Part shown: positions 11,572-24,066 of the stretch, one piece after another
Numbering within the stretch: the first letter of the stretch is position 1
Layout: every line of letters begins with the position of its first letter
Assembly: GCA_964016885.1 (NCBI GenBank)
Contig: OZ024763.1
Coordinates: forward strand, 21,018,001-21,082,000
Length of the DNA: 64,000 nucleotides
Direction of reading: 5' to 3'
DNA from: Eledone cirrhosa
Lineage: Eukaryota
Made by a program: the position numbers and the translations under genes
The notes under the pieces: model-generated
The model's database searches: none
What the model was told of the DNA's origin: nothing
Seen by the model: only the letters and a program-made list of their open reading frames with translations

Positions 11572-11671
11572 TCAATTTGTTTCCAATTATTCAAACAAAT
11601 CGAATGTTATTATTAATGTTTGAAAAACTCAGATCATATTTATTATATTCACCCATGTAGAGCGAAAATTT

Positions 11672-11723
<52 letters not shown>

Positions 11724-11734
11724 AGAGAGAGAAA

Positions 11735-12010
11735 GAGCACGTCGGGCTGAGGAGGCCAGACTCTCCAAGTACCAGTCGCTCTTCGACAGGTTCGCGGTCG
11801 TGCGCTTGTAGTGGAGACTTCCAGTGTCCTTGGCCCTAGGGCTACCTCCCTACTCATCACCATAGGTGCTGAACTGGCCAGCCGCAGGTGTGCCCTCGCA
11901 AGATGGAATGGCTCTTCCAGCGCATCTCCCTTACCATCCTTCGGAGAAGCGCCATCTCCATTCTGTCTGCCAGGGCTGTGGGGAGGTCAGCACGTGGGAC
12001 TCCATTTGCT
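11735..12010 (+). mobile_element. 3' remnant of a CRE-like non-LTR retrotransposon (restriction-like endonuclease C-terminus)
   Basis: GC-rich island after (CA)n(GA)n; joined frames read RAEEARLSKYQSL..VETSSVLGPRATSLLITIG...WLFQRISLTILRRSAISILS, matching the K..KY..L / ET.G..GP.A / QR.S.AI.RGNA.SI pattern of CRE-clade RLE domains. Confidence 0.7.
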
Positions 12011-12030
12011 CGACATACGGATTAAGACAT

Positions 12031-12372
12031 GGAGGCACATGGCTTAGTGGTTAGAGCATTGGCCTTGCAATCGAAAGGTTGTGAGTTCAATTCTCAGACC
12101 GGGTGATGTGTTGTTTCCTTGAGCAAGACACTTTATTTCACATTGCTCCAGTTTACTCAGCTGTAGAAATGAGATGATAGGGACTGGGGTCCCTATCATT
12201 CCACTGCAAAGTGGTCGTGGAGGTGCCACGGCAAAAAAGCACCCAGCACTCACTGTAAATGAGGTTGGTGTTAGGAAGGGCATCCAGCTGTAGAAATCAA
12301 GCCAGAATTAGTTCCCGTCCCACCCTTGCAAGCAGGGAAAAGAGGACGTAAAATGAAATGATGATGATGATG
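12031..12372 (+). mobile_element. SINE family A
   Basis: Almost identical to 688-1032; (ATG)n tail. Confidence 0.9.
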
Positions 12373-12498
12373 AACCTCTCTTTTTCTTTTATTTACTCTT
12401 TTACGATCTTTAAATAAAGTATCCAATTATAAACATACAAAAAAAATAGAAAAAGAGGAAGTTTCATTTACATATGAAAAATATTTATTGCGTATCGA

Positions 12499-12588
12499 CC
12501 TGTTATGCGTGTTTCACAGAGGATTTGCTCAAGGTGACACATAGGAGTTATGGACCCGACTCCAGTATCGATCTGCTCCTCAGACTGG
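12499..12588 (-). ncRNA. Degenerate hammerhead motif with long stem II (PLE 3'-end remnant)
   Basis: Minus strand CCAGT-CTGAGGA-GCAGA...TCTGT-GAAAC-ACGC-ATA-ACAGG, then AATAAA; mismatches in stems I and III. Confidence 0.5.
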
Positions 12589-12705
12589 TGATGTGACAAA
12601 AGATATGTCATGTAAACGAAACTTCCTCTTTTTCTATTATATACACTCTGCCTGTGCATAGAGTGCTTGATTTGGTACCAACACCAGTATTTCATCATAC
12701 TACCC

Positions 12706-13043
12706 ACATCATCATTCCATTTTACGTCCTCTTTTCCCTGCTTGCAAGGGTGGGACGGGAACTGATGCTGGCTTGATTTCTACAGCTGGATTCCCTTCCT
12801 AACACCAACCTCATTTACAGTGAGTGCTGTGTGCTTTTTTGCCGTGGCACCTCCACGACCACTTTGCAGTGGAATGATATGGACCCCAGTCCCTATCATC
12901 TCATTTCTACAGCTGAGTAAACTGGAGCAATGTGAAATAAAGTGTCTTGCTCAAGGAAACAACACATCACCCAGTCTGAGAATTGAACTCACAACCTTTT
13001 GATTGCAAGGCCAATGCTCTAACCACTAAGCCATGTGCCTCCA
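12706..13043 (-). mobile_element. SINE family A
   Basis: Reverse complement of 688-1032. Confidence 0.9.
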
Positions 13044-13060
13044 TCTATATATATATTTAT

Positions 13061-13452
13061 GGAGGCACATGGCTTAGTGGTTAGAGCATTGGGCTTGCAA
13101 TCGAAAAGTTGTGAGCTCAATTCTCAGACCGGGTGTTGTGTTGTTTCCTTGAGCAAGACACTTCATTTCATATTGTTCCAGTTTAATTAGCTGTAGAAAT
13201 GAGATGATAGGACTGGGATCCCTATCATTCCACTGCAAAGTGGTCGTTGAGGTGCCACGGCAAAAAAGCACCCAGCCCACACTGTAAAGTGAACGTGTAG
13301 GCGCCACGGAAAAAAAGCACCCAGCACTCACTGTAAATGAGGTTGGTGTTAGGAAGGGCATCCAGCTGTAGAAATCAAGCCAGAATCAGTTCCCGTCCCA
13401 CCCTTGCAAGCAGGGAAAAGCAGATGTAAAATGATGATGATGATGATGATGA
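13061..13452 (+). mobile_element. SINE family A (with an extra internal ~48-bp unit)
   Basis: tRNA head, duplicated AAAAAAGCACCCAGC unit, (ATG)n tail. Confidence 0.9.
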
Positions 13453-13464
13453 TAGATATAGATA

Positions 13465-13965
13465 TAAAGAGGTAAGCAGGTTGAACTTATGATCATAATG
13501 TTCTAGGTTCGATTCCTTGACTGGGTTGTGTGTTGTGTTCTTCATTTCATGTTGCTCTTGTATACTTGGCTGAAAATGTGTATTAGTAATAGCTGGGGGT
13601 TTAAGCCTGCAATGGACTGGCATCTTGTCCAGGGGGAGTAGTCTTGTACTCTCAGTCACTTCATGCCACAGAAACTGGGATAAGTACCGACCTGATGAAC
13701 CCCTGGGCTTGAGACAGACTTTAACTCTAGAATGGACTGGCATCTTGTCCAGGGGAAGTTCTTTACTCTCTGTCACTTCATGTCATGGAAACCAGGATAA
13801 CCACCGGCCTGGTGAACTTTCTGCCTTGAGAGAGATTTTAGTCCTGTGATGGGCTTGCATTCTGTCCAGGGGAAGTCCTTTACCCTCAATCACTTCACGC
13901 CACAGAAACTGATATATGCACCAGCTTGATAAACCTTCTGGCTTGAGGCAGACTTTAAACTTTAA
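13465..13965 (+). mobile_element. Diverged Meta-like SINE with its 3' module repeated three times
   Basis: GGTTCGATTCC box B; three ~120-bp units TGGACTGGCATCTTGTCCAGGGG...CAGACTTTAAC; related pieces at 31850-32030 and 54600-54782. Confidence 0.6.
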
Positions 13966-14439
13966 CTTTTTAAGAACCCTTTACCTAATTTTCTCAACTA
14001 TTATTTATAATGACCAACTGTTATTGCAGCTATTTTCTGCATTTAGGACTCTCACACTTTCAAATTTCAAACATTCACACTGCTTTGATTATTCATAAGG
14101 TCTAATTAAGGTGTTTAAAAGTGATAGTGTTGACTCATTCATTTGTAAGTTGCCATATCTTGTTTCTGGAAGCAACAGTTACCACCTATCGTATTCCAAC
14201 CGTATCTTTTGTTGCCATCTAAATTCTATTTAATAAATTTCTTGAATTTTGCTCCCTCCCTCCCTCTCTCTCTCTGAATCTTTTATCTCTCTCAATCTCT
14301 CTCCCTGTTTCTGACTGTTAACTTACTCTGTATCTCTTTCTCTCTCTTTTTCTGCCTCTCAACTTTCTCTCTCCTTTTGATTTTCTCTCTCTCCCTGTCT
14401 TTATCTTTCTCTCTGCCACCCTCCCTCTCTCTGCCAACC

Positions 14440-14765
14440 TCCCTCTCTCTCTCTGCCAACCTCCCTCTCTCTGTGCCAACCTCCCCCTCTCTCTCTCCCT
14501 CTGCCAACCTCCCTCTCTTTCTCCCTCTCTCTCTATATATATATCTCTCTCTCTCCCACCTTCCAAGTTTTTCCCTGACATTTCATATATTTTGAGAGTG
14601 ACTATCTAAAAGTGATTGCAGAGAATGAAAATTTAATGATGTACTTACCACAACTCATTTCATTGCAAGCTTCTAGCAAATTTTGAATTTAGATAGCAGA
14701 GTCTTTTGTATTTATCTATGATTGCCAAGAAAGTTTAGAATAATTAAATAAAAAGCTTTTTCAAG
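14440..14765. repeat. ~300-bp segment duplicated at 37860-38161
   Basis: (CT)-rich CTGCCAACCTCC units followed by CCCACCTTCCAAGTTTTTCCCTGACATTTC...AATTAAATAAAAAGCTTT, nearly identical in both places. Confidence 0.85.
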
Positions 14766-15057
14766 TTCTTAGTTCAAAAATTTTATTTTACTAGAATTTT
14801 TTTCAACTCGCTGACGCGTATGTGTATATGGGTGTGCAGGTGTGCATGTGCATATGCATACATTTATATGTATGAGTATATAAATATAAATGCACAAACA
14901 CAGACACACAAAAATACTATAAGCTAAATAAGCTGTAGCTTAAAGTCACACACCCTTGGGGGCCTCATTGAAAGAATATATAATTCTATTTCATTAGTTT
15001 TTATTCTTTAACACTATATCATAAAAAAAGAAAATTATATATATATATATATAACTT

Positions 15058-15376
15058 CCCATGGGAACAAGCCAAAGCTGAAGCATATAGACAATATACC
15101 CCTATCACCTCCCACTGCAAAATGGTCATGGAGGTGTCATGACAAAAAAGCACCCAGCCCACATTGTAAAGTGGTCGTGTAGGCACCACGGAAAAAAAGC
15201 ATTTAGCACTCACTGTAAATGAGATTGGTGTTAGCAAGAGCACCCAGCTGTAGAAATCAAGTCAAAATCAGTTCCCGTATGAGCAAGACAAGGTCAGCCG
15301 ACCTAACATTACCGACAACAGGACAACCCGTCTAACCCATGCTGGAATGGACGTAAAACAGTGATGATGATGATGA
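15058..15376 (+). mobile_element. Heavily 5'-truncated copy of the RTE LINE 3' end
   Basis: Begins CCCATGGGAAC..GCTGAAGCATATA (end of the LINE ORF) and follows the 3' UTR of 8147-8470 to an (ATG)n tail. Confidence 0.8.
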
Positions 15377-17756
15377 TATAAATTAGTTCTGTATGAGCAA
15401 GGCATGGTTACCTGACCAGGCATTTCTCACAACAGGACAACTTGTCTAACCCATGTTAGCATGGAAAAATTGACATCACACATTGTTTGATGGACTGAAG
15501 TTGCTAAAATTTATATATAGGTTTTATTTTCCTTTAAAAACTTCCATGAATAACTTTCTGTATAAACGGTTGAATAAAAAACACTAAATATTTGTTTCCT
15601 TTTCACCAACTTTCATAATTTTCCCATCAGATATTGAAAACAGTAATTAATTTCATACAATTATAATTTATCAGACTATTAAGCACATGTTTAGAGATGA
15701 AAAATGTTTTAATATTTACATGTACATTATGCTTCGATTACATTGATCTCCAATCACGTCCAATCATGAAATCAATCAAAGTTTAGTATAGGTGTAAGTA
15801 TCAAAACGTTTTTTGATTCTTTTTCGTTTTTTCATCTCTAAATTTGAGATTAATAGTGTGAAAAATTAGAATCCTATTAATAATAACTCATCTCAGGCAG
15901 TTAGACATTAAAAGAAATCATAAATTTATTCACAAAATAAATTCTTCTTCAGACCTAACTTGAAGAGGTGGGAACAAAACAGTGTATTGTATATTACTAC
16001 AGTGTATTGATGTTCTTTGCAAGAACCAGTTAATATCATTATCATCATTACTGTGATTACACATAGAGTATTAGACACCATGCTTTGCAGCATAGAGTTA
16101 TGTCCCTTTACGTTCTGAGTTCAAATCCTGCCAAGGTTAACTTTGCTTTCATTGTTATGGGGTCGATAAAATAAAGTACCAGTAATGTACTGGGATAATT
16201 GCTGGCCTTGTGCCAAAAGTAGAAACAATTATTATTACCATGAGTGTATCAGTCGTTTGATCAATAAAATAATAGCTTGCTCATGAAATTAACTTGTAAG
16301 TGGCTGAGCATTCCACAGATGCCTGCACCCTGACCATATCTTGCTCATACAGAACTGATTTTGGCTTGGTTTCTACAGCTGGATACCCTTCCTAATGCTA
16401 ACCACATTTACAGTGTGTACTGGGTGCTATTTGTTGTGACACCTATATGACCACTGTGCGTGTGTGTGTGTATATATATATATATATATGTTTTATATGT
16501 ATATATATACATAAGTATGCGTATATGTGTATAGACACACATACACAATCACGGGTGTTGAAGTAAATTTTGCTGTTACATAAACTTTCTGCTACTAACC
16601 TCATACACACACTCATACATGCACACAAGCATGCACACACACACTCACACAGGCATACACACATACAGTCTATGACTAGTAGTTGCTACCTTTCTGAGAA
16701 AGAGAACTCAATACAGAGAAGAGTAGCAGAGTAGTAGAGTATGTAATTTTCTCACTGAGAGTATAAAACACACACATACACACTATTACTAGTAGTTGCT
16801 ACCTTTCTGAGAAAGAGAACTCCATACAGAGAACAGTAGTAGAGTAGTAGAGTGTGTAATTTTATAATTGAGGGTGCAGACAGTACAATGTCTCACAGAT
16901 ATTGATCAATGTCATCTAAATGGAAATTCATTGGACTATTACGGTTGTTTTATTTGGATGTGTTTGAAGTCAATTTTACAGTTGTATGACTTTTATACTA
17001 ACCACTTCATCTACACATACACAGCGGAAAAATATTTCTAAGATAAATTTAAGTTAGCTGTTATGTTATTTAAATAAATGTAAAAAAAAAAATACTGTAT
17101 ATATATATATATATAAAACTGTATATATATATACATAGACATATATACATATATATATATAAAACTGTATATATATATACATAGACATATATACATATAT
17201 ATATATACATACATACATATATATATACATATAAATATATATATACATACATACATACATACATATATACATACATATATATATACATATATATATATAT
17301 ATCATAGCTTTCTACTAAATTAAATGTTTCCCATGAATAAATTCTTTGAAGTACAATAATGAAGTGTCTGAATGGTTGTTTAGTTTTGGTGAAAAGTCTT
17401 GTTCTGGGTTTTTTTTTTTTGCTTTTTTTTTGTTTTTTTGTTCTTCTGAGTTTATTTCCTCCCCATTTATTTTAGTTGTAATCTAATTGGCAGTAAAAGA
17501 TATAGAAAGACTACAGACTGAAAATGGAGTGTGTCAGTTACAGAAAAAATTCTGATGCAACTCTGCAAAAAAAAAAAAAGATAAAATCCACCCACAAAAA
17601 TATACACCCCAGACAGTATGTGTTTTGATCTATGTTGCCAAAATTACATTGTTTGGTTTTATTGGATTCTTGTTAGGCAGGAAAGGAAAGGTACTGATTG
17701 TCAGGTTAGATCAAGTGAACTGTGTTTTGCTTTGGTCTTCCCATTGCTGGTACTGT

Positions 17757-18170
17757 CTGCTGGTCACAACTCCTGACAGAAGAAAGGATCTGATCTTTAG
17801 ATCAAACCAAGGAAACTATATTTCCATTGTTCTTTCCATTCCTGATACTACCTGCTGGTCACAACTCCTGACAGAAGAAAGGATCTGATCTTTAGATCAA
17901 ACCAAGGAAACTATATTTCCATTGTTCTTTCCATTCCTGATACTACCTGCTGGTCACAACTCCTGACAGAAGAAAGGATCTGATCTTTAGATCAAACCAA
18001 GGAAACTATATTTCCATTGTTCTTTCCATTCCTGATACTACCTGCTGGTCACAACTCCTGGCAGAAGAAAGGAACTGATCTTTAGATCAGACCAAGAAAA
18101 CTATGTTTCCTTTGGTCTTTCCATTGCTGATACTTTCTCCTGGTCACAACTCCTGGCAGAAGAAAGGATT
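17757..18170. repeat. 95-bp minisatellite, ~4.5 copies
   Basis: TGGTCACAACTCCTG recurs at 17761, 17856, 17951, 18046 and 18141; unit resembles the dispersed tail at 29930-30010, 36675-36750 and 38400-38460. Confidence 0.9.
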
Positions 18171-19044
18171 AAAATTCCTGAGGTGAGATTTGATCTCAGA
18201 ACGTACAGATTTGGAACAGATACCGTAAAGCATGCTGTTTGACTCTTTTAACAACCCTGCCAATTCATTGCTACTGGGACCTATGTCCTATTTATCGGCC
18301 ATAAAAGGATGAAGGCCCTTATAAAATAAAGGGTCATCGATACTGTTGTTCCTCTGGACTAAGCAATAAAAGACAATGGCAATGAGATAATAAAAAAAAG
18401 ATGTCTTAAGTGCTAAATCTGGTAAAAAAAGGCAAGGGAAATAACCCAGATTAAAAATAAAAGCTAAGAATTAATAAACGTTTTCTCTATTTTTATGAAA
18501 ATAGTCACAATATAGGAATTACGTTACTACTATATTTATAGGAAGGAAGAAAGTTCTAGAATAGCAATTCTTTAGAAGATTTTTTCATTTTTTTTTTGCT
18601 ACTTGTTTGATAATTTTGTAATTTTATTCCTCTTTATATTTAGTAGTAGGCTCAATGAAACAATTGACTGGCTGACTAATTTAAATTTTATGGACTATTA
18701 ACCTTATTATTTTTTCTATTTAACACTATATTTTGATTTAATTTTTGAATATTTTCAACTACTCACTTCTTATATATGCAAATTTTTCAAGTCTCTGATA
18801 CTTTATTTACAAACTATGGTGACAAAAATGTTTAAAACTATAAAGTGTTTGAGTTCAAAACCAATCGATGGAAGTATAGATATGTGGAAATATGATACCT
18901 GAAGGTGTAGAGGAGTCGTTAGAAGATCCAGCTCTCTGCACTTCCTGAGTTCCAATCCTTCCAAGATCATCTTTGACTTTCATCTTACCGAGGTCAAAGC
19001 TTGTTTGATTTTGCCTACTTTTGGCTTATGAATATGACCACCTC

Positions 19045-20000
19045 TAATCATCATCATCATCAGTTTTTGCTTGCATGGGTTGGACTGCTCCCTTCCAGCA
19101 CAGCATTTCTCTATTTGTTAAGTTCCTTTGTTATCTCTTCTATGAACTTCAGGGATTTGAAATCTGGTTTTGCCACCTCCACTCTGGTCATCCTCTGCTG
19201 CAACTTTCTTCTATAGGGATTTCTTATCTCCTCTTCTTCACTCAGAGATCATCATCCATGTGCATCACATGTTCATACCAGCGCAGTTTTCTTTCTTGCA
19301 CACTAGCTCTAATTCTTCATATATACCCAGCTTTTCTCTCAGTTCATCCATGTTTCATCATTCTCACACATTAACATTGCGTATCCATTGAATCATGCTT
19401 GCTTCATTTCTCTCCTGTCTTTGCCTATCTTTTGCATTCACTGCCATTGCCTATGTCTCACTATCCATGCAGCATCATAAATTGGACACACAGACATCAT
19501 ACGGCTTGATATCATCCTCATCATTATCATTTAATGTCTGCTTTCCCTGCTAGTAAGGATTGGAAGGGTCTACATAGACCAAGCTAGAACTGAAGTGATG
19601 CCACTGACCTCCCAGACAGACTGAGGATCTGTGTCTTACTTATGTACAGTCTCACATTCTACCGTGTGTCCAGGAGAGGTTGTCATGTCTTTGACACAAC
19701 TGAAGGGTCCTCCCATCTTACTTATCATCATGTCCTTTGCCATCTCTTCTTTGAGCTTCAGCAGTCTGAGTTCAGCTTTCACCACCTCCGCCCATGTTTC
19801 TCCTGGCACTTCTTCGCCTAGCGATTATCTTTCATGTGTATATCATGACCATACCAACGCAGTCTTCTTTCCTGCACACTACAGTTTATCCCTCTTATAC
19901 ACAGTTTCACTCTCAACTCGTCTACTAGCAAGGGTTGAAAGGGTCTATATGGACCAAGTCAGCACTGACGCGGAGCTAATGACCTCACAGACAGACTGAG
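19045..20000 (-). mobile_element. Degenerate RTE LINE fragments
   Basis: Antisense remnants of NEASMIQW..NV and RKLRWYEHVM motifs, interleaved with (ATC)n tails. Confidence 0.6.
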
Positions 20001-21496
20001 GGGTTTGTATTTCACTAATGTATGTATATTAATGTAAAAGTGCTCTTTTTCTCTATAAATCTGATAGGTTTCACACATAGGTGCCACATTATAAATAAAT
20101 ATTATAGCATAGAAAGATAGTTCATATGTTAAAAGTGATTTTTATAAGAAGGTTAAAGTTCAAACCTAAAGTTCTTCTATCCAGCATTCTTCATCATTTT
20201 GTTGTTATCACATGTATACACATATATATATATCTATATATATATTGCAGTTTATTTAAGAATTTGAGAAAATTTATTATCATTAATAATCCATTTATAA
20301 AATACTCTCCACTAACTCTGAAGAAAAGGAGTTAGAATTTGAATTCGAATTTGAATTCAAACAGAATTTCAACAATGTTTGCTGCTCTGAAATATCTCTC
20401 TCGTTCAACAACCAAACAAATTATTCCATATTTTGTTTGGCTTGATAGACATTATTTTGAAGTGATGGATTGTTGGGGATAAAATGAATATAAATATTCA
20501 ACAGCTCAAATATAAATAGAAAAGAAAAGAAAAGAAACAACAAATTTTTAAAAGCAGTTAGTTAACCAATAAGTTGAAAATAGCTTTCTAGTTACAGAGA
20601 GTGAGCATTGTAAATTTAGAGCCAGAAGATATATTGGAGTGGCTGACCATAGAAAACCCATAAATCAGTTTAGTAAGTTAGAATTTTATTCCTTTATAAC
20701 TATATTTTTATAAGAGGCTGTATGTAATACTAATTCAAAAATAGGTTTTATTATTCATAGATTACTTTATTTCACATGAAATTTTCGAATAATATAACAG
20801 TAGAAAGTATAAATAAAGTTATATTATTTTCCAAGATGCTTTAATGTTACACATGGTTTCATATTTTAGACATTTTCAACATTACATTCTTTTATTGAAC
20901 TTTTATAATCTAATAGAAGTTGAACAGATAAAAGCAGATTAAAAGAAAAAAGAAAGAAAATACTGGGGGGGAAAAAAGCTGTCTGTCTTTCTTTGTAATT
21001 CTCAAACTGGAAGATATTCCCAGTTGTTGCAGCTATCATCGTCTTAGCTTTATTGAAATTTAAAAAAATATGAAAGAAAAAAGGGAATTTTTTATTACAA
21101 TAGGGTTAATCATAAAGAGACATATTGTTAGAGTGAGTAAGGGAGAGAGGAAGAGAGAGATAGAGAGAAAATAAATTGCAGAGGATGATGCGAATTAGGC
21201 TTAAAAGATAGAAAAAGAATTTTCCATCAGCAACTTCCTTTTCTGTCTTTTAAGGGTCTTTACCCTATTTTATAAGTTATCTTATAGCATCTCTGCACAT
21301 GAACACATCATTCTTTATATTAACTTTATCTTCTCAGTGCTCTATAAGAGTCGAGATAACAAAATATTGTTAAATAAAATTGTTGGAAGATTTGAATTTG
21401 AATAGGAACCTTTTGAAATGGGTGGTTTATGTGTTCTAGAAACAGGGGCAGTTTTGGGCAGGTTGGTATCAAAGGGGTTGCAATGACAGCTAAATA

Positions 21497-22176
21497 TATC
21501 AAGGTCAGCTGAAAAGTTCACAGGCTGACCAAGATACTCTCATGGAATGACCAAATGAGGTTTATTTTTCAACATAGTCCCTGGAAAGAAACAGTGCAGT
21601 TATTAATAAGAAGAGTTGAAATTAATGCATGCAAGATTTCACAGCTCTAGCATCACTCCTTCATAGGCTGACCAAGATACTCTCATGGAATGAGCAAATG
21701 AGGTTTATTTTTCAACATAGTTACCCTTGGAAAGAAATGATGCAGTTTTTAATAAGAAGAGTTGAAATGAATGCATACAAGATTTCACAGCTCTACCATC
21801 ACTCCTTCATAGTCAGCTAAGTTCATAGGCTGATCAAGATACTCTCATGGAATTACCGAATGAGGTTTATTTTTTAACATAGTCCCTGGAAAGAAACAAT
21901 GCAGTTATTAATAATTGTTTCTACTTTAGGCACAAGGCCAACTATTGTCCCAGTACATTACTGGTACTTTATACTTTATTTTATCAACCCTGTAAGGATG
22001 AAAGACAAAGTTAACCTCGGCGGTATTTGAACTCAGAACGTAAAGGGCCATAACTCTATGCGACAAAGAATGGTGTCTGGCACTCTACCGATTCTGCCAA
22101 TAATGCATGCTAAATTTCACAGCTCTAGCGTCACTCTTTCATATTCAGCCTATGAACTTTCCAGCTCAGCCTCGTA
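21497..22176. mobile_element. Mariner-type non-autonomous element with internal tandem units, interrupted by a family-B SINE (21913-22100)
   Basis: Ends GGTCAGCTGAAAAGTTCACAGGCTGA ... TCAGCCTATGAACTTTCCAGCT; repeated unit CAAGATACTCTCATGGAATGACCAAATGAGG; other copies at 37180-37565, 40000-40455 and 59075-59243. Confidence 0.7.
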
Positions 22177-22395
22177 TTTGAAATTCGAATACCTTGAATG
22201 ACACTCTGCTATATCATACACAAATCAAGGATGAAACTAAGTTATTGATCTTCTAATCAGGAACCTTATTAGTGTCTATCAAAATATTTGAAAGAATCAA
22301 AGAACTTTGTGACATTCTGCCATCATCTGAGCTACAGACAACCAGATTAGAAGTTCTTTTTTTTACTGACTTGATGTAATCTGTCTGAGAGAATC

Positions 22396-22692
22396 TGAAT
22401 CAGCAACAACAACAACAACAGACATTCATGACAATAGATAATCTAAAAGGAGCCAACACACACACACACATATATATATATACATATATACACCTTGTAT
22501 ATATATATATATGTGTCTGTGTGTGTGTGTATATATATATATTTTGAAAAGCATTAGAAATGTGCAACCGGTAAAACTTAAAACCAAAACTGAATACTAA
22601 CCAATACTATTACTAATTTTTACTTATTCCTAATTAAACTATTTTTCACTGGGAACAATTTGCCAGCATTTTCTTTTCCTTTTACCAATATA
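22396..22692. repeat. Direct repeat 1 (~290 bp) flanking the second PLE
   Basis: CTGAATCAGCAACAAC...TTTTCCTTTTACCAATATAT, repeated at 25339-25621. Confidence 0.9.
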
Positions 22693-22755
22693 TCATAACT
22701 CGTGTGTTACACCTCTATTCTTTTAAATATCATATCCTCACACGAGATACAGAAA

Positions 22756-24066
22756 ATGCCAACAAAAACAGATACAACTCTTATCAACACAAATGAAGAG
22801 ATTCTACAGGAACTCAAGAAAATTAACACCAACCTATCTGTGCTGGTCGACAAACTTGATTCCACAAATGAGGAAACCGTCACCGGATACAAACCCTCCA
22901 AAATCGGCGATAAACTTCAAAACCTTTGCGATACTATCCAAACTATGTTCACTACTACCAACCCAGGAAAAACCAACGAAGAACCATGTGAAATTGATTC
23001 ATACAAAATGAAAATTCGAACAATTCCAAAATGGAACAAATCCCTCAGAGACAGAAAGTTCTCATTCTGGAAGATGATACAAAATCACAACAAAGCGGAG
23101 ATATATGAAAAATGGCTTAACTCAACCACTCTAACTCTCCCCCGTAAAATACAAATAAAGTCCATTCCAAATGAACCCGAACCACAAAGACACCTTAGGG
23201 AAAGAATGGCATTGGAAAAAATGAAGACAGAAATTGAACTTCTTAAATTGAGGGCCCAGACAAATGAGGAAAAAATCAAAACCATCGATGAAGAGATCCT
23301 CCTGGAAATCAACAATAAAACTGAAGGCCCCAAGGTAGAGAAGATCTCTAAATTATGGAAAGGGGACTGCAACAGAGAAGAACTGAAATCCCTTCAACGC
23401 TGGGAAAAAAGTGCCGCTTGGTTCCTACACTATGAATCGACTTTTCAAACGGATTACACCTCCAATAACCCGTTCATAAAAATAGGAAAACCCATAACTG
23501 AACCGCACAACAACTTCGCAAACCCCCCAGCCACTAACAAACGTAGAAGGAAGCACCACACCGAATATGAACTTCCCAACCTCGCTACCATAAGAAGGAA
23601 CAAAAACCCTAGAAATCATCTCCCCCAGAATGACATTTACAACTTTCCCCCTTCAAGGAGACACCATACCAAATCACTCAACTACTACGCGGATGCCTCA
23701 TCGTCAAACATAGGGAAAAGATACCACCACCATGATAGATGTAACAACTTCCCCGCTTCAAGGGGACAGCAAGGTAATTTCCATTTTCTCAACTCTCGCT
23801 TCCACAATACACAACAAATCCACACCACACGATACAACCAACAACGTAGGCCACCTATAACACCACAATCCAACATGGCACATAGAAACACACATCCATA
23901 CTCGCAATACAGGAACACCCCATTCAATCTACAACCACGAACCCGAACCACATTTTACAACAACAAGGAATATAACAAACACAGGAGACCACTTAACATC
24001 AGCAGACAACCCCTCTACCCCAACCATTTTTTAGACACAGCACACAGATACAGGCAAACAAAATAA
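22756..24066 (+). CDS. ORF1 of a two-ORF Penelope-like element (coiled-coil-like, basic low-complexity C-terminus)
   Basis: Uninterrupted ~436-aa ORF with the same A/C-rich strand bias as the downstream RT; heptad-like ERMALEKMKTEIELLKLRAQTNEEKIKTIDEEIL; R/N/H/P-rich tail; no recognisable enzyme domain. Confidence 0.7.
   Translation: MPTKTDTTLINTNEEILQELKKINTNLSVLVDKLDSTNEETVTGYKPSKIGDKLQNLCDTIQTMFTTTNPGKTNEEPCEIDSYKMKIRTIPKWNKSLRDRKFSFWKMIQNHNKAEIYEKWLNSTTLTLPRKIQIKSIPNEPEPQRHLRERMALEKMKTEIELLKLRAQTNEEKIKTIDEEILLEINNKTEGPKVEKISKLWKGDCNREELKSLQRWEKSAAWFLHYESTFQTDYTSNNPFIKIGKPITEPHNNFANPPATNKRRRKHHTEYELPNLATIRRNKNPRNHLPQNDIYNFPPSRRHHTKSLNYYADASSSNIGKRYHHHDRCNNFPASRGQQGNFHFLNSRFHNTQQIHTTRYNQQRRPPITPQSNMAHRNTHPYSQYRNTPFNLQPRTRTTFYNNKEYNKHRRPLNISRQPLYPNHFLDTAHRYRQTK

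Noticed and set aside
22193-22442. Minus-strand exon-like segment (TTTTAG...AAG|GTATTC)
   Set aside because: All three frames contain stops; no independent support.
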